From contig CAWCLO010000010.1 in NCBI GenBank assembly GCA_963796455.1, forward strand, positions 288,001-352,000: a DNA stretch of 64,000 nt, written 5' to 3'. Below are positions 37,310 to 46,299 of the stretch, one piece after another. How positions within the stretch are numbered: the first letter of the stretch is position 1; each line of letters opens with the position of its first letter. The notes under the pieces are model-generated. The model was not told the origin of the DNA. It saw only the letters and a list, made by a program, of their open reading frames with translations, and searched no databases. The DNA is from Candidatus Sulfomarinibacteraceae bacterium. Its GTDB lineage: Bacteria > Acidobacteriota > Thermoanaerobaculia > Thermoanaerobaculales > Sulfomarinibacteraceae. Position numbers and translations under genes: made by a program.

Positions 37310-38063
37310 TGCGGGTCCTCCAGGCGCCCACCGGGGGCTCCGGTTTTGCGTAAAAGGGGGCGCGTTTGAGCCATAGGCGCAGGGCCTGGTAGTGGATGAG
37401 CGCCAGCGTGCGGAGCCCGGTGTGCGGGTGGCGCGCCACGGTCGCGACAAGGGATGAACCGGTCAGGGGCCGCCTCGTGGTCTTCAGGGTCGTGTCGAAA
37501 ACGCGTTCGCCATCCCGCAAAACATCGATATGGGCCGTCAACCGGGGCCCGGGCGGCGTGACCCGGAACCTGTAGCGACCATCGACCGGCTGGAATGGCG
37601 AGACGTGAAAAACCTTGTCCTCCTCGTGGTGGACCACTCCGCCATCGGCAGCCAGGAGATAGCAGTAGGCCTCTCCGAATGTGTTGTTGACCTCGGCTAC
37701 CACGTGGCGCAGCGAGCCGTCTTCATCCCGACAGAAAAAGAACGACACCGGGTTGAAGACGTGACCGAGCAGGCGAAGGTGGGTCAACAACGAGACCCCT
37801 GCAAAGCCCGAGGTCACACCCCGGGTGTGCAGCCAGCGTTCGAGTTTCACCCGCACGGGCTCGCGGCTGGGACCCATGTGGTCGCGATCGTCAAAACCGA
37901 CCAGGTTGAAGCGATTGTGCGAGAAGGCCCGAATTCGCGCTGCGACCTGCGGCAATTCGTCGAGATCGATCAGGGCGTGCCATACCCGGTAGGTGAACTC
38001 GTGCTGCGGCGCGCCCATGCGGCGGTGCCGGACCGTCCCGACGTACAGAGCCGAAGAAGCCAT
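37302..38063 (-). CDS. DUF1365 family protein (UfaO-like)
   Basis: LYVGTVRHRR...HEFTY, FNPVSFFFC, AEVNNTFGE, KVFHVSPF, IHYQALRLWLK. Confidence 0.93.
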   Translation of the reverse strand: MASSALYVGTVRHRRMGAPQHEFTYRVWHALIDLDELPQVAARIRAFSHNRFNLVGFDDRDHMGPSREPVRVKLERWLHTRGVTSGFAGVSLLTHLRLLGHVFNPVSFFFCRDEDGSLRHVVAEVNNTFGEAYCYLLAADGGVVHHEEDKVFHVSPFQPVDGRYRFRVTPPGPRLTAHIDVLRDGERVFDTTLKTTRRPLTGSSLVATVARHPHTGLRTLALIHYQALRLWLKRAPFYAKPEPPVGAWRTRNG

Positions 38064-39316
38064 CAGAAGGTCACGCCGAGATCGTCAGCCACCGCGATCG
38101 CCGAGTTGAGTCCGTCCTCGTGAAAGCCGTTGCCAAAGTAGGCGCCGCAGAAATGGGTCCGGTTGGCACCGTTGATACGCCGGAGATCCGGCTGGGTCGC
38201 CACGCTCTCCGCCGTGTAGACGGGATGCCGGTACTTCATGCGTCGGATCACCGATTTCTCTGTAGGCTCTGTTTCCGGGTTGAGGGTGACCAAAAAGTGG
38301 CGATCCTCATCGAGTCCCTGCAAACGGTTCAGGTAGTAACTCAACGACGCTCGGTTCTGCGGCGACGTTCCATCCTGCATCATGTAGTTCCAGGAGGCCC
38401 ACGCCGCCCTTCGGCGGGGCATCAAGGCGGTGTCGCTATGAAGCCAGGTGTCGTTGACAGAGTATTGCCACTGGCTCAGAAGGTCTTTTTCCTTGGCTGA
38501 CGGATCGGACAACATCGCGAGGGCCTGATCGGCATGGGACGCAATCACGACGTGGTCGAAGCGTTCCCTGATTCCGCCCTCGAAAGACAGCATCACCCCA
38601 CCCGAATCGCGATCGACGCGCTCGACCCCGCATCCCAGGTGGACGCGATCGGCGAAGCTCCTGGTCATCGGAGCGATATAGGAGGAGCTCCCCCCCACCA
38701 CTGTCCTCCAATCCGGTTGGCCCGTGATCTGGAGCAAACCGTGGTTGTCGAGGAAACGCAGCAATGGGTCCCGTGGGTAGGCCGATGCCAGATCGGTCCC
38801 CGATGACCAGATGGCGGACGTCATCGGAAGCAGATAGTAACGGGCAAAAGCCTCGGAGAAGCGGCCGTCGTCGAGAAATGTCGCGATGGTTGCTTCTGGA
38901 TCCCCGGCGCCTTTGAGCACCCTCTTGCCAAGCCGACCGAATCGGATCACATCCACCAACATCCGGAGAAATGTGCCGGACACGATGAGCGAGTGCCGGG
39001 CAAAGAGGCCCCTCAGGCTGTGGGAGGCGTATTCGATGTCCGGATTCCGGCAACTGACCGAAAACGACATCTCGCTGCCCATGGTCTCCACCTCGAGTTG
39101 GTCAAAAACCCGTGTCAGATTGGGATAGGTCACCTCATTGTACACGATGAATCCGGTATCGAGCGGGAGGGCACGGCCGTTTGAACTGTGGATCACGGTG
39201 TGGGTGTGGCCCCCAAGACGCGACCTTTTCTCGAAAAGATGAACATCGTGTCGTCGATCAAGCAACCAGGCCGAAGCCAGACCCGATATTCCGCTGCCGA
39301 CAACCGCGATCTTCAT
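38063..39316 (-). CDS. FAD-dependent oxidoreductase / desaturase (UfaD-like)
   Basis: KIAVVGSGISGL, RLGGHTHT, DTGFIVYN..TYPN, AWASWNY, GAYFGNGFHEDG. Confidence 0.92.
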   Translation of the reverse strand: MKIAVVGSGISGLASAWLLDRRHDVHLFEKRSRLGGHTHTVIHSSNGRALPLDTGFIVYNEVTYPNLTRVFDQLEVETMGSEMSFSVSCRNPDIEYASHSLRGLFARHSLIVSGTFLRMLVDVIRFGRLGKRVLKGAGDPEATIATFLDDGRFSEAFARYYLLPMTSAIWSSGTDLASAYPRDPLLRFLDNHGLLQITGQPDWRTVVGGSSSYIAPMTRSFADRVHLGCGVERVDRDSGGVMLSFEGGIRERFDHVVIASHADQALAMLSDPSAKEKDLLSQWQYSVNDTWLHSDTALMPRRRAAWASWNYMMQDGTSPQNRASLSYYLNRLQGLDEDRHFLVTLNPETEPTEKSVIRRMKYRHPVYTAESVATQPDLRRINGANRTHFCGAYFGNGFHEDGLNSAIAVADDLGVTF

Positions 39317-39682
39317 CGACCGGGACCTTCATCCGAAAACCGGACGGGACCGCTACGACGCACGACATGAGCGGGTGATTCCTGAAATACACGCATGCCC
39401 TCAACGCAACTGGACGTTGCCACGGGAAAATTCCAGATTTCTTGACAGCCGCCACGCCTTCTCGTCAGCAATGGGCGCCTCAGATGGACAAAAACAATAA
39501 CGTGCATACCGGCTTTTCGGCCGGCGAAGCATCGAATGGAATAAACCAGGAAATATCCAGCTTCCTGCAGACGCAAGTTGATACGAGGATATCGGGGGAA
39601 TCTTGACCAATACGCCGACCCATGCAAACCAGACGCGGACCCGGCGATCCGATCGTCGGAACACTCACGCTGCGATCAATCG

Positions 39683-40552
39683 ATGAACAGAGACACGGTC
39701 GTTTTTGTCGCGGGCTCGATTGTCGCGAGCATACTGCTGTTGGCGAGCGACCGGTTTTTCGCGGCGGGACTTGTTGCCTCCATCGCGGTCTTTTCAGCAC
39801 TCTGGCTGGTCAGCCTGGTTCTTCGAGACGCCAGCATCGTCGATATTTTCTGGGGACCCGGATTTGCCGGAATCGGCGCCTTCTACGCACTGAATCTACC
39901 CGGAGGGCCGACGCTTCGGGGTCTTGTGGTGCTTGCCCTGGTGACGATCTGGGGCATTCGCCTCGGACTCTATATCGGAACCCGCAACGCCGGGTCCGGT
40001 GAGGACTCCCGGTATCGGCAATGGCGAGAGGAAGCCGGCCCCGATTTCTGGTGGATCTCGTATTTCAAGGTCTTCCTCCTCCAGGCGGTCATTTTGTGGA
40101 TTGTCTCGTCACCGCTGTTGCTGGCGCACGGTGGCGACGCCGGGCGGTCTCTCGGTGTATTCGAACTTCTCGGTACCGGCCTCTGGCTCGTGGGTTTCCT
40201 TTTTGAGTCCATCGCCGACCACCAGCTTCTTCTCTTCAAGCGCAATCCGGCCAACCGTGGGCAGGTCATGCGGAAGGGTCTCTGGGGATTTTCACGACAC
40301 CCAAACTACTTCGGTGAAACCGTTCTGTGGTGGGGCATCGGACTCATCGCCTTTCCCGCAGGTGGCTGGCTCTCGTTCCTCGGACCGCTTTTGATCACCT
40401 TCTTGTTGCTCAGAATCTCGGGAGTGACCCTGCTGGAAAAAGCCCTGGTGGAAAGCCGCCCAGGATACGCCGAGTATGTCCGTTCGACGCCAGCTTTCTT
40501 CCCCTGGCCGCGAAAATCGGCCAACATTCCGCCTCCTTCTCACGACGAGTGA
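39683..40552 (+). CDS. DUF1295 family membrane protein (steroid 5-alpha-reductase-like)
   Basis: SIVDIFWG, WGIRLG, GEDSRY, FESIADHQL, GLWGFSRHPNYFGE. Confidence 0.92.
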   Translation: MNRDTVVFVAGSIVASILLLASDRFFAAGLVASIAVFSALWLVSLVLRDASIVDIFWGPGFAGIGAFYALNLPGGPTLRGLVVLALVTIWGIRLGLYIGTRNAGSGEDSRYRQWREEAGPDFWWISYFKVFLLQAVILWIVSSPLLLAHGGDAGRSLGVFELLGTGLWLVGFLFESIADHQLLLFKRNPANRGQVMRKGLWGFSRHPNYFGETVLWWGIGLIAFPAGGWLSFLGPLLITFLLLRISGVTLLEKALVESRPGYAEYVRSTPAFFPWPRKSANIPPPSHDE

Positions 40553-40695
40553 CGAGCGCGACCGACACCCCACAAACGGGGATGGCTCGAGTTTCGCCAT
40601 CCGTGAAGATGGCTCGAACGTCCGGCTTTTTGATCGACTGACCCTCGGCCTCATTCCCTGCCGATCGCAGGCAACCGCGAGAAATTTAGAATTTT

Positions 40696-40746
40696 TCTAT
40701 ATTTTTTAGAAAAAACCTTGACAAACAATAGATAAAACCCTATCTT
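40696..40746 (+). promoter_or_regulatory. sigma70 promoter of the ECF sigma gene, overlapped by 11-bp-spaced direct repeats
   Basis: TTGACA(40718)-17 nt-TATCTT(40741); TCTATA 40696, TAGAAA 40707, TTGACA 40718 and TAGATA 40729 fall at exact 11-nt intervals. Confidence 0.75.
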
Positions 40747-40764
40747 TGTTCTCAGGAGGTCGAT

Positions 40765-41412
40765 ATGAGTCACGACAACAACACCACAGCATGGGATTTC
40801 ACCTCGGGAACGCTGCCGTACCACGATCAGCTTTACAAGACCGCTCTGAGGATGACGCGTTCGGTGCCGGACACTGAAGACCTGCTCCAGGAAACCTATC
40901 TCAAGGCCTATCGGTACTACTCGGGCTTCGAGGAGGGCACCAACCTCAAGGCATGGCTGTTTCGAATCATGAAGAACAACTTCATCAACGGCTATCGCAA
41001 ACGCAAGGTACAACCCCAGCATGTCGAACTCGACGAGCTTAGAGACGCTGCCGACGAAACCTGGGAACACCAGCTATCGTCCGCCAATTCGCTCGACGAG
41101 CCGTCGCAGATGCATGGCGAGCTCGACGAGAACCTCGCGCGCGCCATCAACACCTTGTCGCACGATTACAAGATGGCGTTGCTCCTCATCGATATTCAGG
41201 GCCACACCTACCAAGAGGTTGCCGACCTCCTGGCGGTTCCCGTGGGCACCGTCATGTCGCGCCTGTACCGGGGCCGCAAAAAGATCGAAAAGGCGCTGCT
41301 CACCTACGGCGCCAAATACAACTATCTCCGGCAGGCGCCGCGCAAGAGCCGCGACACCGACATCGACCACGGGGGTTTCTTCGAAGCAAAGGCCGCTCTT
41401 TCCGCCGGCTGA
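40765..41412 (+). CDS. ECF RNA polymerase sigma factor (SigH/SigR-like)
   Basis: [10 protein letters not shown]...[63 protein letters not shown]. Confidence 0.93.
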   Translation: MSHDNNTTAWDFTSGTLPYHDQLYKTALRMTRSVPDTEDLLQETYLKAYRYYSGFEEGTNLKAWLFRIMKNNFINGYRKRKVQPQHVELDELRDAADETWEHQLSSANSLDEPSQMHGELDENLARAINTLSHDYKMALLLIDIQGHTYQEVADLLAVPVGTVMSRLYRGRKKIEKALLTYGAKYNYLRQAPRKSRDTDIDHGGFFEAKAALSAG

Positions 41413-41427
41413 TTTCCATCCCGTTTG

Positions 41428-41456
41428 AAAGGGCCACCCTGCCGGGTGGCCTTTTT
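41428..41456 (+). terminator. Terminator (possibly bidirectional)
   Basis: aaagggccaccc-tgcc-gggtggcctttt. Confidence 0.8.
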
Positions 41457-41458
41457 CT

Positions 41459-44365
41459 TTATCTGGTTCCGGGAAAGAGCCTCAGGAACGAGATCCGCAA
41501 CGCGACGCCGCCCTGACCCGGTCCGGCAAGGGCGTAGCCGACATCGAAGTTCATGATGAGTTGCCATGGCAAGGTCAACGTTCCGTTGACACCGATGCCG
41601 GCCAGCAGTTCGTGGTCGAGACCGGTGGAAGCATTGGTGGCCCATACCGCATCGCCCTGGACCTGGAAGCGGATCTTGTCGAAATAGTTGAGCCCATAGG
41701 AGAGGTGGGCACCTTCGGCTCTCTCGGCGCGAACCAGACCGCTCGGGTAGCCGGCCACGGACGAATCACCAAATATGCCGAAATCGTATCCCGAAAATCG
41801 ATCGAGACGTTCACCATCGAGGTGTTCGAGGGTGAGGCCGATCGATCGGAAATTGGCCAACCACCAGGTCTTGGTAAAAAACGCCTGCCAACGAAGATAA
41901 TCCTGCTGATCGGGATCGTATTCGTCATTTCCCGGCAAGCCCCAATAGGCCCACGTCGAACGGTGGTTGGCAGCGGCCGAGAGACCCAGGCGGTAGCCTC
42001 GCCGGTTGTACTGCACTTCACCTTTGAAGACGTGGGTCGATGTGTCGGGGGGCACAACAAAATCTTCCGCCGTATCGTCGGCACGATCGTAGTCGTTGTA
42101 GCGCAAACGATAGGTCGCTTCGAAAGAGAGAAACTTTCCGAGCGGCCGTCCTACATAGACCGATGCATAGGCCTGTCTGCTCTTCACATTCTCTTCCGGC
42201 ACGACCGACCCATCGCGGTAGAGCTCGTCGGTGGCCTTGAAAAAGAGGCCGCCGAAGGTCGCTCCACCATTCCAGCGGCTGCCGAAGAGCCGGGGGTCGG
42301 CGATGCTCCCGTTGACAACGGCTCCGGCGAAGAAGAGGTTGAACTGGGCGCCGGTGTCCCGGACATCGAGATCGAGGTAATTGACACCGAGGAGGGGAAT
42401 CGGAAAATCCACCGATTCGTCCCAGAACACGCCGCCGAGCAGAAAGAGCCGGTCGCTGTCGAGTTTGTTCTCGACGTAGCGCTCGCCGCTTTTGTCGGTG
42501 CGTAAAAAACGCAGACCTTCGTCGGTCTCGCGCAGCATCGTGGCCTCGGAGGCAAGGGCCGCCTCACGATTTTGATCGAAATTCCCGCCGTTGATCCGCA
42601 CGTCGGTGAGCACAGTCTCGATCTCCACCGGCAGGGTGCTACTGAGGATCGAGAATGTCTGTTGACCTGAAATCACCAGGGGTAGAATGAACGCATCCCG
42701 CGACCACGCCGTCGGACGTCCGTCGGCATCCAACGGCGTGAAAGTGAATATCTCCTCGTTCGAAAGGACGGCGCCTTCGAGACCGATCTGGGTCGCCCGG
42801 GTCCGCACCCTGGCGTAGATTTCCCGATCGACCCAGACGGTCCCGCGATAGAGGTTCCGTCCCGGAGCGGCGTCGATCGGTCGGAAGTCGATCACCCAGC
42901 AATCACGACCCTCGACAATGTCGGTGCCGCGAAGCCGGTAGCGGTAGTCCTTGGTGAGGCGGATCTCGGCCGGGAGGGAGGCGACTTTCTCCGGTTGGAT
43001 CAACGGGACCTCGGGCATCCGTTTCGATCGCCACTTGACACCGCTGACAAAAAAATCCTGCCAGACCCAATCGAAGCCGCTGCCTCGCCGGAAGAAGAAG
43101 TCACCGGCGTAACCGACCTCGATGGCGCCCTGCACGGCCTGCAGTCGGAAATGAATGGTCCGACGCGCCTGGTAGTGGTCGAGGCGACGGGCCTGGTCGT
43201 CCTCGACCGCCTGGAGTCGTCGAAGGATCTCCTCCACCGGCATCTGCCGGTCTCCCTCGATATCGATCTCGCCACCGAAGAAATCCTCATCAATGGCCGC
43301 CCGTCGTTCTAGACGGAGCAATACGACGTCATCGGGTTCGTCGATCGTGACCTTGATTCTTCGGGCGGTGCGCTGAACGTCGTACAAGGGGTCCACATCT
43401 CCGGATCGAAGATCGACCCGGTCCGGGGCCCCGAGTTGGAGATCGTCAAAACCGAGTTCGAGGGATTTCTGGCCCGGCCCGGGAAACGCGATGACGCGAA
43501 GGTCGAGATTCTCGAGCACAAAGGCCCAGACCCGGGCTGTCCCCTGGGGAGCCGAAGCGGAATCCAACACAGGCTGACCTCGAAGCTCGCGGGCCATGAC
43601 CTTGAGCGCAGTCAGATCGAGCGGCCGGGAATCATCGGCGTCGAAAAGCACCACGGCACAACCGACCGCCGCACCCTCCGCGACACGCGCCACGGACAGC
43701 ATCGGTTCACTCGGCCACTCGACTGAATCCAGGACGACCGGTTTTCCCGGATCAAGATCCGCGAGCACGGAAATGGCGGCGCCCACTCCGGCCTCCGGCT
43801 TCAGAGCCACCAGATCGAGGTAAGCCGCGACTTCTTCGCCGTACACATCCTGGAGGTAACGCGGATCCGCGCCGAATGGCCCGCCGACAAATTGTGCATC
43901 CGGCGCCGCACCCGTTGTTGCCACGGCAGCCTTTTTGAGGAGAAAGGCGTGATCCTTCGCGGTCGGTGTACCGCCCGTGGGTTCCCATACGCCCTGGACG
44001 AAGGCACCCGATCCAGCCGCCCTGGCCAACGCGGCGAGCTCGCGCAACTCGGATTCGAGTTCGGAGATATGTTCCTCGAGAGGCGCGGGAGAACGAAACT
44101 CGGCGCGGAGCCACGGCGTGGCCCCTGACTCACGAACAACCTGGATGACCGAGGTCTCGGCCGAACCGTCGAGCGCAACCTGCCACGCCACAAAAAATGT
44201 GTCCTCAACATCCAACTGCGGCTCGGACCTCAGTTGCGCAATGATCCGACTCGGATCGTCGATGACGACACCCGCTGCAACCGAAGTCTTGAGTTCACCG
44301 GCATGGGCCGCGGCCACACTCATGAAAAGAGCCATAAGACCCGCGATCACCGCTGGGATTCTCAA
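41459..44365 (-). CDS. Large secreted multidomain protein, probable outer-membrane beta-barrel C-terminus
   Basis: TTG start 6 nt after GGAGG gives signal peptide MRIPAVIAGLMALFMSVAAAHA; central YRYRLRG....GRDCWVIDF.P (LolA/sorting-like); alternating aromatic beta strands at the C-terminus. Confidence 0.8.
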   Translation of the reverse strand: MRIPAVIAGLMALFMSVAAAHAGELKTSVAAGVVIDDPSRIIAQLRSEPQLDVEDTFFVAWQVALDGSAETSVIQVVRESGATPWLRAEFRSPAPLEEHISELESELRELAALARAAGSGAFVQGVWEPTGGTPTAKDHAFLLKKAAVATTGAAPDAQFVGGPFGADPRYLQDVYGEEVAAYLDLVALKPEAGVGAAISVLADLDPGKPVVLDSVEWPSEPMLSVARVAEGAAVGCAVVLFDADDSRPLDLTALKVMARELRGQPVLDSASAPQGTARVWAFVLENLDLRVIAFPGPGQKSLELGFDDLQLGAPDRVDLRSGDVDPLYDVQRTARRIKVTIDEPDDVVLLRLERRAAIDEDFFGGEIDIEGDRQMPVEEILRRLQAVEDDQARRLDHYQARRTIHFRLQAVQGAIEVGYAGDFFFRRGSGFDWVWQDFFVSGVKWRSKRMPEVPLIQPEKVASLPAEIRLTKDYRYRLRGTDIVEGRDCWVIDFRPIDAAPGRNLYRGTVWVDREIYARVRTRATQIGLEGAVLSNEEIFTFTPLDADGRPTAWSRDAFILPLVISGQQTFSILSSTLPVEIETVLTDVRINGGNFDQNREAALASEATMLRETDEGLRFLRTDKSGERYVENKLDSDRLFLLGGVFWDESVDFPIPLLGVNYLDLDVRDTGAQFNLFFAGAVVNGSIADPRLFGSRWNGGATFGGLFFKATDELYRDGSVVPEENVKSRQAYASVYVGRPLGKFLSFEATYRLRYNDYDRADDTAEDFVVPPDTSTHVFKGEVQYNRRGYRLGLSAAANHRSTWAYWGLPGNDEYDPDQQDYLRWQAFFTKTWWLANFRSIGLTLEHLDGERLDRFSGYDFGIFGDSSVAGYPSGLVRAERAEGAHLSYGLNYFDKIRFQVQGDAVWATNASTGLDHELLAGIGVNGTLTLPWQLIMNFDVGYALAGPGQGGVALRISFLRLFPGTR

Positions 44366-44427
44366 AAACACCCTCCGTCTGCGAAACAGAACGCGATCAC
44401 TCGATTCATTCTTCCAATCGGGCACAC

Positions 44428-44458
44428 AAAAACGGCCCCCCGCGGAGCGGGAGGCCGT
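44428..44458 (-). terminator. Rho-independent terminator
   Basis: acggcctcccgc-tcc-gcggggggccgt followed by TTTT on the minus strand. Confidence 0.7.
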
Positions 44459-44487
44459 AGATCATACCGTATGGGCCTTTGCCGCTT

Positions 44488-45255
44488 TTACTTTTTCTGT
44501 GCAGCTGCAGCTGCCTTGGCCTTGGCGGCTTCCTGCTTGAGAAAGTCCTCGTGCTGCTTTTTGATGTCCTTCCAGTTCTTTTTGAAGTACTGTTCCTCTT
44601 CTTTTGTCAGGATCCGGAACGGGACCCGAACCATGCTGTTTTCGAATTTGACGTTGAGGTAGTACTGGCCCGTCGTGATACCGCCCGGAATCTGAAAAAA
44701 GATCCGCCCGAGGCACCCACGCTGGAAGTTCAGTTCGTACTCGTCAAAGGAGACCATCCCGTTCGCCTGGGTCACGTCGGCAAAAAAACCGATGCGACAG
44801 GCCTGGTTCGCCTCCGCCGGGAAATAGTTGATCGAGTCGCGAACCGTGTCCGCCCGTTGATTCAAGGCCCGCAAGGACCCGGCCTTCGAGAATTCCGGCT
44901 GGGTGGCCATGGCGACGGTCGATTCGTCGGGCAGGGTCAGCGAGAAGGCTCCGCGTTCGAGCTTCTGGCCGGGGGTCGGTTTGCGGATGGTCGTTCCGAC
45001 CTCGAGCAACATCCAATCATCCCCCTGCGAACTATTGGCCGTCCGATAGCCGAGTGTGACCCACCCCTCGTTGTTATAGGCGATCCGCACAAACTGGCCG
45101 GTAAGAGTGAAGACTTCGGGAACACTCGGCTGCGGGACTTCGACCTCCTGCCCACCGGCTTTGATGACTTCTTTTTGTTGGGCATCTCCCGATGCAGCAA
45201 AACCGAATAACGCCACCAGGGCACATCCGACGAGTACCATTCCTTTGAATTTCAT
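44488..45255 (-). CDS. Secreted hypothetical protein
   Basis: AAAGGAG RBS; MKFKG signal peptide; Lys/Ala-rich tail. Confidence 0.8.
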   Translation of the reverse strand: MKFKGMVLVGCALVALFGFAASGDAQQKEVIKAGGQEVEVPQPSVPEVFTLTGQFVRIAYNNEGWVTLGYRTANSSQGDDWMLLEVGTTIRKPTPGQKLERGAFSLTLPDESTVAMATQPEFSKAGSLRALNQRADTVRDSINYFPAEANQACRIGFFADVTQANGMVSFDEYELNFQRGCLGRIFFQIPGGITTGQYYLNVKFENSMVRVPFRILTKEEEQYFKKNWKDIKKQHEDFLKQEAAKAKAAAAAQKK

Positions 45256-45416
45256 GACAAAGCTCCTTTGTTCCTGTTCGTGCCATCTGCCGCATGCAGA
45301 CGTCAACCGATCATCGTGTGTTGACTGATGAACGCTCATATCATCGCAGATCCACCGGAGGAGCGCCAATGAGCGACCGTCATGATACTCTCCAAGAACG
45401 AATGATCAGGGAGGCC

Positions 45417-45941
45417 ATGATGTTTCAAGATTTTGCCAATATTCGTTCCACGGTCCTTATCGCCGTTGCGTTCGTGTTCGCGATCGCAGCCCTCGCCCTG
45501 CCGGCCTCCGCCCAGGAGCCGACCCCCGTTCCGGAGCAGGAAACCGCCCCGGCTGCCGCAGCAGAACCCGCACCTGAAGCCGCCGCAACCGCTCCACAAC
45601 CGGTCTCGAACTCGGCCAAAATCGCAACTGTCTATCGCAACGGATACAAGGTCACTATCAGTGGCAAATCGCAGGCCACCGGCACCTTTACCATTGCCTT
45701 CAAGGCCAACCAGGAAGATCCGATCACCTCCACAGTCAACGTCGTCAAGGGGATGCAGGCCAAGAAGATCGCTCAGGACCTGGCCAAGGAACTGACCATC
45801 GCTGCCGGGAGCCGCTACAAGGTCAAACAGAACGGCACCAAAGTGACGGTCAAGAAGGCCAACAAAAAGTCTCCCGCGTTGGCGATTCAGATCACCGAGC
45901 AAAAGCTGACCGGTGTCGCCCTGTTGATCAGCGGGCTCTAG
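45417..45941 (+). CDS. Secreted hypothetical protein with Pro/Ala linker and basic domain
   Basis: GGAGG RBS; signal peptide ending ASA-Q; coding-like codon usage. Confidence 0.78.
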   Translation: MMFQDFANIRSTVLIAVAFVFAIAALALPASAQEPTPVPEQETAPAAAAEPAPEAAATAPQPVSNSAKIATVYRNGYKVTISGKSQATGTFTIAFKANQEDPITSTVNVVKGMQAKKIAQDLAKELTIAAGSRYKVKQNGTKVTVKKANKKSPALAIQITEQKLTGVALLISGL

Positions 45942-46299
45942 GTTCCGGACACCCGGACCCACCGGCGGGTATTGGATCGGCATGAGGTTCCGCCCGCTTC
46001 GGGGCGAATCGAACAGGATCGACAGACCCTGCGGCGTCGCATTCGCCACACCCCGATCCACAGAATGAGTTGCGCCCGGAGTATTTTCCGGTTAGGCTCG
46101 TAGTTGGTTCCCGTGGATAACGCCCGCCCCCTGATCTGAGGCGTCGGCGCCCGGGTTTCACGCTCCGGATGAACGAGATCGTAATCAGTGCGTGTTTCGT
46201 CCGGATTGCTCGAGAAGGCAATGGCCTGCAATTTCTGTGACCGGTGTTTGTCGAGGTCACTGTGAGCGGGCACGATGTGTTCCCGACGAGAGGATTTGG

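Noticed and set aside
44366..44425. GTG 44425 as the start of the large secreted protein
   Set aside because: It abuts the upstream terminator. TTG 44365 has a GGAGG SD and gives a clean signal peptide.
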